IMG/VR virus record: IMGVR_UViG_3300042482_000285
Length of the DNA: 64,000 bases
Direction: 5' to 3' (one strand)
Source: a virus
Part shown: positions 26,878 through 38,500 of the stretch, piece by piece
Layout: every line of letters begins with the position of its first letter
Position numbering within the stretch: the stretch's first letter is position 1
The notes under the pieces: model-generated
The model's database searches: none
Told to the model about the DNA's origin: nothing
What the model saw: only the letters and a program-made list of their open reading frames with translations
Made by a program: the position numbers and the translations under genes

Positions 26878-29523
26878 ATGGCTTCATTTACAGACCTCAT
26901 ACCGCAATTTAACCCCTACATCCAGCAGCTTCCTGTGGAAGCTATGGTGACCGTAGGTATGGAGAAACAGAAGCGCTATGATGAGGGTTTACAGAAAATT
27001 CAGTCCCAAATTGAAAGGGTTGCTGGTCTAGATCTCTACAGAGATACGGACAAAGCATACCTACAGTCTAAACTGAATGAGCTTGGAAACAACCTAAAAG
27101 TCGTGGCTGCTGGTGACTTCTCTAACTTCCAATTGGTTAATTCTGTTTCTGGAATGACTAATCAGGTGGGGAAAGACCCTATTGTCCAGAACGCAGTTAC
27201 CTCTACAGCCAGACTTAGAAGAGAGTTTGCTTCCATGGAAGAATATAAAAAGAAGGGGAAGTCTGATAAAAACAACGAAGAGTTCTTCATGAATAAGGTG
27301 GTAAGACCTTATCTAGACGGACCACTTGATGCTTCTTTTACTGGAGAGTATTCTCCATACACCGACATCATGGGGTTGATTAGTGAGAACATAAAGGCTG
27401 CTGGAATAGACAAGTCAGTGGTACAGCAGATGTACCAAACTGACAATCAAGGCAGATTGATATTTGGAAAAAACGGTGAACCCCTCCCTGCTAGAACCAT
27501 GACTGAGATTGAGACATCAACCAACATGAAGCAGGTGAAGTCAATTGTAGAGAATGTGCTTAGCAGAGGAGATGTACAGAATCAACTTAATATCGATGGT
27601 TGGGCAAATACAAGAGGTATATCTCCACAGTCTGTCATAGATAACTATCGTGTAGAGTATAGTAAGAAGATAGGAGATGCTGATTCTGACATGTTAGAAA
27701 TCAACACCCTTCTTACAGGAAAGATGAATGGTGCTGAGAGGATGGTTCTGGATGAAAAGCTTAAGACTCTTAAGGACGTTAAACAGAAATACAAAGATCA
27801 ATACTTAGCTCTTGGTGAACTTGCACAGTCCAATCCTGATGCTTTTAAACAGGCATATTATAAAACTAACTACGAGAACAATCTTCTTGAACAGTTTACA
27901 AAATACGAAAGAAGCGAGAAGAACTTAAAGAGTCCTCTTACAGAACAACTTAACTGGGAAGCTGATTATGCCTTCAAAGAAAGGAAAGAAGCATTTGACC
28001 AGAAAATGGCTGTTCGTAAACAACAACTAGAGGAGAGTAAGTTTCAACTAGAAGGGTTCAAGTTTGAAGCTGATTATGAGTTTGATCAGTCTACAGGTAA
28101 GTGGAAAAAGAAACCAGATCCAAATAAACCATCTGATGGTTCACTACTTCGTCTCACTGCTGATGTTCCTGGAGAAGAGAACAGAAGCGCTGTACAAAGA
28201 CAAGAGGCCCAGATTCGTGGTATAGAACAAACCAATAGACAAAACGGAATGGATCTCATGTACAATTATTTGTACAAGTTGAATGATGGTAAAGATAGTA
28301 ACGGTCAACCTCTCACAAAAGCTGGTGTTGTTAAAACAGTTGAGAAGTTTGCAAAAGACAACAATGAAACTACAGATCAATTCTTAACCAGATGGATCTT
28401 GACTCTGAACAATAAAGCAAAAGAAAACGGTGTTAAAATGTCTGCCACAGACACAGAGTCTATTAACAACTTCAAAAGAAACCACTACAACTACACCACT
28501 CTACTAGCACTTGGAAAGATTGCTGACAATGAAGCATTTAAAGCCACTGGTATAGATCTTAACGATTATACCAAAACGCTTAGTCCAGTGAACGTTAAGT
28601 TGAAAGATGGTAGAAGTGTAACAATCAGTAAAGAAGACATCCTTGACTACATGCTCCTTATTAAGAATGATGATAAGGGTGCTGAAGATAGAATTGTAGC
28701 TAAGTATGGGTCTCTCAAAGACTTCCCTTTAAATACATACAAGGCACCTGGAATTCCCAATAGTGAGTTGGAAACTAGAAAAAACTTACAAAAGCTATCT
28801 GGCATGTTCTCAATCTATACAAAGGATTGGGATAAGTTCAAACAAGCTTCAAAGGCGAAGAACGACTATCTTGCTAAGGTGGTGAATACAGATGAGATGT
28901 TTTCTTTTGGTGAGGATGATGAAAAAGGAATGAAGTCTGCAAAGAATAAAGCTTCTGCGTTTATATCAGGAGCATCATCTTTGACAGGAAAGAATTATGA
29001 TAAGAGCAAGGCTTTAACAGCTTTAGCAGATCCTAATTCAAAAATATCTTTCAGGGCAAGTGCACCTTTTGAAGAAGGTGGACAATGGAAAGGTACAATG
29101 ATTATAACCACTGACAAGGGTGAAGTGATTGAGGCTGAGGTTCCTGTTCAAAAAGATTTTGAACAACTCACTGGATCTAAGTTCAATCCTTATAAATTCA
29201 ATCCCCTGAAAGCAAGAGCTTCAGTTAGTAAGTTTGGATCTACAAATCTTGGCGCTTTCACCACAGACTCTAGAGCTTGGGAAAGTGCTGCTATTGGATC
29301 TGAGGGTCTTGTCTCAATGAAAGATTCAAAGAAATATATTCCATTAGGTGCAGATCTAAATGTACTTCCTAATGGTGGATATACAGTGACAGCTTATTTT
29401 AAAGATAGGGCTACTGGTAAAATTTTAAATCCAGAGTTTAGTCGTATATACACTGTGGAAGAACAGGCTCAAGCTGACCTAGCTTTACTTACCGAATCTA
29501 TGCTTGATAAGGAGTTAAAATAA
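26878..29523 (+). CDS. Large virion protein (881 aa), coiled-coil rich
   Basis: Long ORF in the cargo block; no recognisable catalytic motif. Confidence 0.5.
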   Translation: MASFTDLIPQFNPYIQQLPVEAMVTVGMEKQKRYDEGLQKIQSQIERVAGLDLYRDTDKAYLQSKLNELGNNLKVVAAGDFSNFQLVNSVSGMTNQVGKDPIVQNAVTSTARLRREFASMEEYKKKGKSDKNNEEFFMNKVVRPYLDGPLDASFTGEYSPYTDIMGLISENIKAAGIDKSVVQQMYQTDNQGRLIFGKNGEPLPARTMTEIETSTNMKQVKSIVENVLSRGDVQNQLNIDGWANTRGISPQSVIDNYRVEYSKKIGDADSDMLEINTLLTGKMNGAERMVLDEKLKTLKDVKQKYKDQYLALGELAQSNPDAFKQAYYKTNYENNLLEQFTKYERSEKNLKSPLTEQLNWEADYAFKERKEAFDQKMAVRKQQLEESKFQLEGFKFEADYEFDQSTGKWKKKPDPNKPSDGSLLRLTADVPGEENRSAVQRQEAQIRGIEQTNRQNGMDLMYNYLYKLNDGKDSNGQPLTKAGVVKTVEKFAKDNNETTDQFLTRWILTLNNKAKENGVKMSATDTESINNFKRNHYNYTTLLALGKIADNEAFKATGIDLNDYTKTLSPVNVKLKDGRSVTISKEDILDYMLLIKNDDKGAEDRIVAKYGSLKDFPLNTYKAPGIPNSELETRKNLQKLSGMFSIYTKDWDKFKQASKAKNDYLAKVVNTDEMFSFGEDDEKGMKSAKNKASAFISGASSLTGKNYDKSKALTALADPNSKISFRASAPFEEGGQWKGTMIITTDKGEVIEAEVPVQKDFEQLTGSKFNPYKFNPLKARASVSKFGSTNLGAFTTDSRAWESAAIGSEGLVSMKDSKKYIPLGADLNVLPNGGYTVTAYFKDRATGKILNPEFSRIYTVEEQAQADLALLTESMLDKELK

Positions 29524-29528
29524 AACAA

Positions 29529-32500
29529 ATGCCAGAGTTACCTATTAATCTTTCAGGCACACCAACGTACAAGAGAGCAGCAGGAGCTTCTCCTGATAAC
29601 CTTTCTGTTGCTAATCGTGAATACAATCCATTGAACGATACATCTCTGAACTATGTAACACCAAAGAAATCAGGGTATGATGCTTCTAGCATAACTATGG
29701 CTGAAGCTGCTGCAGACAGAACTGGTAGATACAAAACCGTAATGTACGGTTATGATAATGAGGAAGCTGCTGCTCAACGTCAAAGCATCCTAGATAAAGG
29801 TGCTAATGGTATATTGAAAGGTGTAAACCTCACAGCCACTACTATCGCTGGAGGCTTTGGTATGTTATATGGGGCAGCTAGAGCTCCCTTCTCAGGAAGA
29901 CTTGCTGACATATGGGATAATAGTGTAATGAGAGGTTTGGATGAGTGGAACAAAGAAGTGGATGATAAAATCCTTCCAAACTACTATACAAAGGCTGAAA
30001 GAGATTCAGCTTGGTATTCTCCAGATAACTGGTTCACTGCTAATTTCCTTTTTGATAAACTAATCAAAAACTCAGGATATGCTGTAGGAGCAATGCTTAG
30101 CGGCAACATTGCGAATGCTGGACTTCTTAGAGCTGGTGCAGCTTTAGGGAGAGTGGCATCTGCTGGTGCTGTTGCTGCTGAATCATCTCAAGCATTCAAG
30201 ATATTTTCACCCTTGTTGAGAAATACATCAAGGGCTTTTAGTGCTGGTAAGAACATTGAAGCTGCTGCTGTTTTAGAGAAACAACTGTCCTCTATTGCAG
30301 ATGTCACTGCTAGGAGTTCTGAGCTTGCAAAGATTGCAAAGACTACAGGCACTTTTGCAGAGTTTGGTAATTCTGCTCGTAGAACAGCTATTGCTGCCTA
30401 CTCATCTGCTGGCGAAGCTTCCTTTGAAGCTTTACAAACAGGCAATCAGTTTAGAGATTCTCTGATTCAGGAATACGTAGATAAGTATGGTGAACAACCA
30501 GCTGGTGATGTTCTGGAAGAAATAAACAAAAGAGCTGACCAGGTTGGTAAAACATCATTCTTTGGTAACCTTGCACTTCTTGGTGCTACAGAATACGTAC
30601 AGCTTCCATATCTGTTAGGCTCATCCTACAGAAACACAAGACAGGCAGCTGGTGTATTTGCTGGAAAGGTGGACGATGTTCTTACAAAAACCCCTAGCAC
30701 TAAGCTAGGTAAGGTGTATGAAAAAGCCACAAGTGTTGGTAGATATGTATTTGATCCTAAGGAAGCAGGACAAGAGGTAGGTCAGTATGCCCTTCAAGTG
30801 GGTACACAAAACTACTTTAGCAAAGCAGCAGAGTCTGATGATGCTGATGTTTGGGTAGATGGGTTTCTGTATGGGTTTGTTGGTAAAGATGAAGAAGGAA
30901 AGGGAGAAGGTGCTCTTGTATCTAAAGAAGGTATGGAGAGTTTTCTTCTTGGTGGTCTTACAGGTGGACCTCTACAAGCTAGAGCAAAAGCCCAAGAAAA
31001 ACGTGCTAAAACTGAAAACACACAACGTTTTCTAGATCAAATTGGTAGAGCTCCTTCTTTTAAAGAAGCATTCCAAGACAGAATGAGTTCTGTAAACAGA
31101 GGTGTTGTTCTTCAACAACAACATGAAGCTGCTATTGTTACAGGTAATGAGCTTGAAGCTCGTGACTTGAAAACAGACATGATGCACAACTACTTGGCTC
31201 CTAGAATCAAGTATGGCAGATTTGATATGGTTATGGAGGACATTAGTGAACTTCGTGAAATGTCTTCCTCAGAAACTAACCTTGCAGAACTAAAAGCGCA
31301 AGGTATTGCTAACGTTAATGATACAGTTGATAGTTTCCAAAAGAGACTAAACAACTATGAGCGTGTAGCTAAGAACACGAACGAGATATACAACGGTTTG
31401 TACATAAGGTATTCTGGTGAAAGATTGGAAGATGGAAATCCTAAATACTCTCCTTATGTACTAGATAAGATGGCGTACGCAGCTAGTAAGATAGCTGACT
31501 ATGACCTTCGCATTCCACAGCTCAACAACATCCTAACAGAAAAAAGTATTATTGTTGGTAATCTATTGGATGATGTATTGAAAGGTAAAAGACCATCAAG
31601 ACAAGCTACAGCAGAGATACTTAACAACATAAATGACCTTTCTACAACCTCTGATGTTAAGGACGGTTTAAAAACTGCTTTACAAGACATCATTAGTCTT
31701 GGTGAGCGTAGGAGAATATTCATGGATGAGTATGAGGACATCAAACAAAACCCTCTCAACTATGAAACCGATCCTGAGTTTAATATAGGAGACAAGGTTG
31801 AAATTCCTGTAAGCGTAGGAGAGCCTGAGAAAAAGGTTGAGATTGGTAAAGAATACTCTCTCGATAAGTCAATGATGAAAGAGGGAAGTGCGCTTTACAT
31901 GGCTCCAAAGCTAACTGTGCTTTCTCAAACTCTTGGTGGTGAACTAGAAGTGAAGATGCCTGGAGGAAAGATTAAGTTCATTGCTCCTGAGGATCTAAAA
32001 GGCTACAACCTATCAGAAGAAGATAACACATCAAAAGAACTGGCAGACATTATGGATGAATCCATAGATGCTGTTCTTAAGAAGGAAGAGTATAAAGATC
32101 TTCCTGAGATGAAAGATGGCGACAGTAAACTTGGTTATATAAACTCTCTGGCAGATCAGGCTCTTACAGATGATGTAGAAGCTGAGTTCAATAGAAGAAC
32201 AGAAGAGTTTGTAAAACGTAAGGAAGAGGAAAGAAAGCAACAAGAAGAGCTTATTAAAAACAGAGCTGCTCTTGAGAAACAACAGACTGAGCTTGAAGCT
32301 AAGTCTGGTACAATAGCCACACCTCCTCCTCCCACTCCTGAAGAACTTCAAACATTAGCTGCTACACAGGGTAAGCTGAAGTCTGCTTTTAAACTATTCA
32401 TATCTGGCACCACTCCTACAGAGCGTGCTGATGAACCCGTACACATTAGAAACTCTAGAGAGTTCTTAAATAATGTAAAGAACTTTAAGAACAAAGGTAA

Positions 32501-35500
32501 TCTTGCAGCTATTCTTGTTACACCAAATCAAGAGGCAGCTCTAGGTTTGTCTGGTCTTACAGCATTATCTTATGGAACAGAAGATTCTAGTGATGCTACA
32601 AACGTAGAGACTGGTCTTGTAGCACAAGTGTTTGTAGAACAAGAGAATGGTAAAACATATTTTGTAAATAAGAACGGTGAGCGTATTGGTGAGATTGGTA
32701 AACCTGTTGATATTCAACAAGTTATATTCCAAACCATGCCCACCCCATCTTTATATGATAGATCTGGCAAGCCTAGGTTTAGAGCTGATGAGATGGCAGA
32801 TGCTGAAGCTGCTTCTAAAGGCTGGGCAGCTAAGAGAGTGGAGATATTTGAATCTCCTGCATTCCCTGTAAAAGCATATCGCTTTTCTATATCTAGAGGA
32901 ATTCCTGTTCTTAATGTTGTAGATGGTAGATATGAAAGAAACCAGATTGGAGATATCCTCATCCCTGAGAGCAAGATTGCTACACAGGAAGGATTGTTAC
33001 AAGTTGTTACACAGGGTAGCGTTGTTCACAACGGTGAGAACATTAAGTTTAACAATGGTCTTACAGTGTTGCAATATGGTGACACACTGCAGATTGTAAA
33101 CAACAACCGCCTTGGTGATAAGAAAGCCAACGCTGTCTACCTTGCTATAAAAACTATGATGGATGAGTTTCAGCAAACAAAGAAACTCAATCCAAACTTG
33201 GCTTCATATATTCAGAATGTTCTATTCTGGAGAAAGACTGCCACCACTTCTGGAAACCAAATCTTTATAAACACCTCCTCTGGAGAAGTGTCATTAGGAG
33301 GTAAGAATTACACTCCTGCAGATCTGGTAAATAAGAAAGATGAGATTGTGGACATGCTCAAAGAAGCATTCCATTCAATCAACAACTCTACACTTAGAGA
33401 TAGATTCTATGAACCTTTCTATGAATACAGCGTAGAAAATGACAAACTGGTTGAACAAGAATGGCCTAACTATCAGTCCTACCTTTTGAGCAAGAAGGGT
33501 AGAAGTGCTGATCAAACTCCACTTGTCACTTCTGTAGCTAAACCTACAGAGGCCATCCCTTATTCATACAAGCAGAAGTATGCTACACTCATTGACTTTG
33601 AACTCCCAATGATACAAGCCCCAGCTCCTGCAGCTGCTACAAAGGAAGCTGTAGCTGAGGGTAAAGCAACTCTTGGTGACTTTGTAATGGATGGTGAGAC
33701 AAAGAACACCTTTACAGGTTTCAAGACTGGTCCTATTGATTTCACAGGAACAATAGATGACAAGGGTGATATATCAGTGGATGTTCTGTCAAACGACACT
33801 ATTATAAATGCTGCTAAGAACGGTAAGCTTGTAAACGAAACAGTGGTTCCTGCTCTTAAAGAAGCTAATCAGTTTGATGCTTCTGCAGATGACATAGAGC
33901 TTGTTACAATGTTTGTAGCAGGTAAGCTTGCTATTGAACTTAAGGCTCTACAACCAGTTGCTGAAGTTAAAGAAGCAGCTCCTGTTTCTACAGATGCTAA
34001 AGCTGATATAAATAGAATAGTAGATGCATTTAATCCAGAGGATAATTTTAAAAGTCCAGTAGATGCGTGGAGCGTTGTTATTGAAGATGATAAAGGTAAT
34101 TTAGTAAAACCTGAAATAATTGTAGAAATAAAAGGAATCGATTATACTAAAAAAGAATTATTAGATATTGAAGATCCTGAAAACCCTGCTGTAGAAGAAA
34201 CTTTAAATGAAATTGACAGGCTTCAAAAATTACTTGAAGCAGAACTAGCTGCTTTAGAAGGAGCTAAACCTGCTGAAGGAACTTATAATCCAGAAGGAAC
34301 AGGTGCTCCTCAGGATGACTATATGAGAGTGGGAGTGAAAGAGGCTGGTGCTGAAATGCTTACAGGTGCACAGATAGAACTGTTCAAGATTTGGGCTGCA
34401 GAAAAGGTTCCTGGTATTCCATACGAGGTGTTAGACAATATTGTTAACACATATGACAACCAGAAAGCATGGGGTGTATTTGAGAACAATGTAGCCAAGT
34501 TCTACAAGGGTGCTCCTGGCACCACTCCATACCATGAAGTGTTTGAAGGTATATGGAAAGGTTTCCTCACTCCTGAACAAAGACAACTTATCCTTGATGA
34601 GTTCAAGTCTAAGACTGGTCAGTTTACAGACAGAGCCTCTGGCAAGAAGATAAACTATGCTGATGCTACAGATCAACAAGCTAAGGAAAGAATAGCTGAT
34701 GACTTTGGTGCATTTAGAGTGGGTAGACTTCCTGCACGTAGCTTGGGAGAAAGAGTGCTTAGATTTTTTAAAGACATCATAGAGTTCTTCAAGTCCTTTG
34801 TACAGAAACCTTCTATGAAGGAAGAGCTGTTCAAGGCTATTGAGGCTGGTAAGTTTAAAGATGCCATCCTCCCTGCTTCTATTGCTGCATCCACTCCTGA
34901 ATACATGCGCATCCCTGGACTTACAGAAACTCAAGCTTATGAGTTTGTTCAGGATATGACAGCTCGTGTAGCCAATTATATATTTGGAGACAGCAAGAAG
35001 TCTCTCTACGATATTAAGAAAATCACTGGCAAAGAAATCTTTGACAAGATTAAAGAAGCTTACGCAAGTAAAGCTGAGAACAAATATGAAAAGCTTGGCG
35101 AAGAGCGTTTCAACCAGTTGGTTATCAGAACAAAAGAAAAGCTTCGTACACTGGGTATCAACTTTAATGATGAGGACACAGTGGATATAAATGATGAGAA
35201 TGTTTCTAACAGAGACTATGCTCCTGAGCCATTCTCTACAGACTGGAAGAAGACATCTCCTTTCCCAGTTAAACTTGTAGCAGCTACCCTCCCTGAGGTA
35301 AAGCCTACAAACCAGCAAACTGAATCATCTCTAAAACTTCCTGAGCGTCAGACATCAAGTGTGTTGGGATTGAAACTGGCAAGTTTTGGTAGAGTGTTCA
35401 ATACATTGTTGGATAAGGTTTCTAATACAACCAATGTTAATTTGGTAAAGAACAAGCTTGTTGACCTTGCTAAAAGCGATGGTACATTTGTTCGTTTCTT

Positions 35501-38500
35501 CCAACGTATAGGTGGTGATTTAAATAATATGGACTTCAAACTCTCTAGTAGAGAGGACTGGAGACTATTTATTAATTTCTACCAGACATTTACCAAGCAG
35601 AAACCTAATGCTGACATCCAATACTTTGATGGCAACAGTGTATATACAGCTCCTGCTAACCAGTTCACTGCCAGCAAACTTTTACAAAGTGAGTGGTTTG
35701 AGAACATGAAGGCTTTGGCTGATGACCCATCATCTATTATAAAGAGGAAGAAGCAAAACTTTGAAGTGGACAAGAGTAAGTTACCTGGCGCAGTTCCTAA
35801 ACAACCTGAGGCAATGGTTAACTTCCTTGCAGATCTTGGTGTAAGTTTCCCTCTTAGTGCATACACATCCTTGAATCGTAATCAGAAAGATGATTTTGGT
35901 AAAGCTGTTGGAGGAATATACACATACATACAGAAGAACACTGAGGTGGGTACAGTTACAGGTAAGACACTTGGAATCAATCCTCAGTTGTCTGACCTAG
36001 CCAATCTCTACATCAAAGTGACCAATCCTTCTCAGGACACTACATATTTTGGTGTTGAGAACCAACGCATTCAATCTTACGCTGAGAATAACGTTCCTTC
36101 TGTAATGGAGAATGAGTTCAACAGTGTTGAGACAGTTGAAGAACTGAAGCAGCTCAGACCAGAACTTAACGATGTATTCTCTACAAACAGCATCACTCTT
36201 AAAGATGGTGGCAACTTCTACAATCTAGAAGGACAGAGATACAAAACAATCAAGGTTGGATACATCCAGGGTAGAAAGACAGTGGACACTGATAAAGGTG
36301 TTACCACTAGCAAGCTTACCCTTGGTGATCGTTTCACACAAGAGATTAATGAGAACCTGAATGGTGACTACTATATTCTGGTTCCTGCTGATGGATCTAC
36401 AGAATGGAAGATAAACCTAGGTAACCATATGTCATTTGTTGACATAGCTGGCGGAAGGGCTTGGAATAAGATTTACAGTATATTTAAAGGATATCTGCAG
36501 GATGAGGTGGCTCTTGCTCTTGATTATGAGAACAGAGAGAAACTTAAGAATGTTGGAGACAAGGCAAAACAACTTCGCTTCTTTAAGGAAATCTTAAAGG
36601 AAAAGAACGTTACTGCCATTGAGAAAATGATCGCTAATGGTTCTACACAGGACCAGATCAATGAGTATATTGATAAAAACATTGATGACATCAATGCTGC
36701 TGTAGCTGACTTCATCAATAATACAGTGGAAGAAACAACAACTCTTCTTATAAACAACAATCAGATATCTCAAGTTAAGGAAGGTCAATATAGCTATCCT
36801 GGGCTACAAGATAAGTTTGCAACAGCAAACGATATTAATAAGTTTAATATGTCTGAGCAGGACGTTAAGAATCTCTTAACGTTTGTAAATGCAAACTATG
36901 TCATCAACAACATAGAGTTGCATAAGTTTATATTTGGTGACCCATATGAGTTTGCTATAAAGAACGGTAAACTTGATGAGACCAAACGTATCAAAAGCTT
37001 CTTGTCTCCACGTAGGATTACATTTGACAGTCCTGAGTACAATAGCTTCCTTAATGATGACTACAATACAGCTAGTGGTGTTAAGCTCACTCCTAACGAT
37101 CCTGGTTATCATTTACATAAGTCTTACACAAACACTATAACACTGGCTGACATCAACCTGTCTAGCGAACTCTATCCTAAGATCAATGAAGCAGATGCTG
37201 CTTCGTTCATCATGGACACCACCTATAGAGAGGTGAAGCTGAAGAATGGTCAGTGGATTGATGAGATTTCAGAACCTTGGCATCAATGGCAAATGGCTTA
37301 TACAAGAAATAAGCTGGCTGCTAAAGGTGAATACACATACACAAGTGATAGATTACAAAAGGCTGATGCTGAATTAATTAGCAAACCTGAGCCTGCATTT
37401 GTAACAGAGGTTCTCAAACCTATCGTATCTGGTGTAAAAGCTGCTGAGACAAAGATTGACAATGTTCTAGACAAGTTCTCTCAAATGCCTCTATATTATA
37501 AAGACGTTGAGGGTAGAAATCTTGAGAAGCTCTACATCAAAATGTGGAAAGAGAACATTGGGTATGCTGTGTTTGAGAGCGGTAGAAAGCTGGGTGCTAC
37601 AGAATTGTACAGTTTGTATAACAGTAATGGAGACATCAACGATAAACCTTTCACCAAAGAACAGATTGTAAAGGTGCCTTGGAAGGCATATGGTATACAG
37701 GTGGAGAATGCATATGAGAACCCTAAGGATCAAACTCGTGGTTCTCAGTTGACAAAACTTTCTAGTCTTGATTTGTTTAGTGATGGTAAAGGTACAGAAC
37801 AAGCTAAGAAGGCTTACGAACGTAACCTTAAAGCTTTGAATGCTTTGCATGAGGACGGTTATAAAACTCTTCTTGACAAACTTGGCATTGAGGACTTGGG
37901 TGATGGTTTCCGTCTTGTAGATCCTGCAGCTGTTCAGGAAACTCTTGAGTATGAACTACTTAGAAGAGAGATGGCTGAGAATGCTAAAGACACAATCAAG
38001 CGTGATGAGAACGGTCAGTTTATTATTCCTTTTGAAGCTTCTCCTGCCTACAAACAAATAAAGGACATTCTGTTCTCAATAGTTAACAAGTCTCTTGTTA
38101 GTCCTAAGATGAACGGTGCTCCTAAGGTGCAGGTTCCTGTAACAGGATGGGAGAAACAAAATAGAAAGTCTGGCAAACCAAACCCAGAGCTGAAGTTCTA
38201 CACTAAGGAAGATCCTTATATGGAAGTGTTGCTTCCTCATTGGTTTAGAGGTAAGTTCAATAAGAAGAAGTTCCCTAACGACGAGGCTATTCTTAAATAC
38301 CTAAACACTAGTCCAGAGGGTAAGTCTATCCTCAGCGGTGTTGGCTTCCGTATTCCTACACAGTCTATGTCCTCTATTGAGGTGTTTAGAGTGAAAGGGT
38401 TCTTGCCACAATCTATGGGTGACACTATAGTGGTTCCTTCTGAAGTGACAGCAAAAGCTGGATCTGACTTTGATATAGATAAAATGAACACCTATCTCAA

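Noticed and set aside
34431-35318. 295-aa minus-strand ORF inside the giant gene (and other 60-155-aa minus-strand ORFs such as 1286-1753, 4761-5225, 5631-6062, 8513-8962)
   Set aside because: They are fully embedded antisense to long, well-supported plus-strand genes. They have low-complexity or Cys/Leu/Phe-rich translations typical of antisense AT-rich DNA, no coupling, and no motif.
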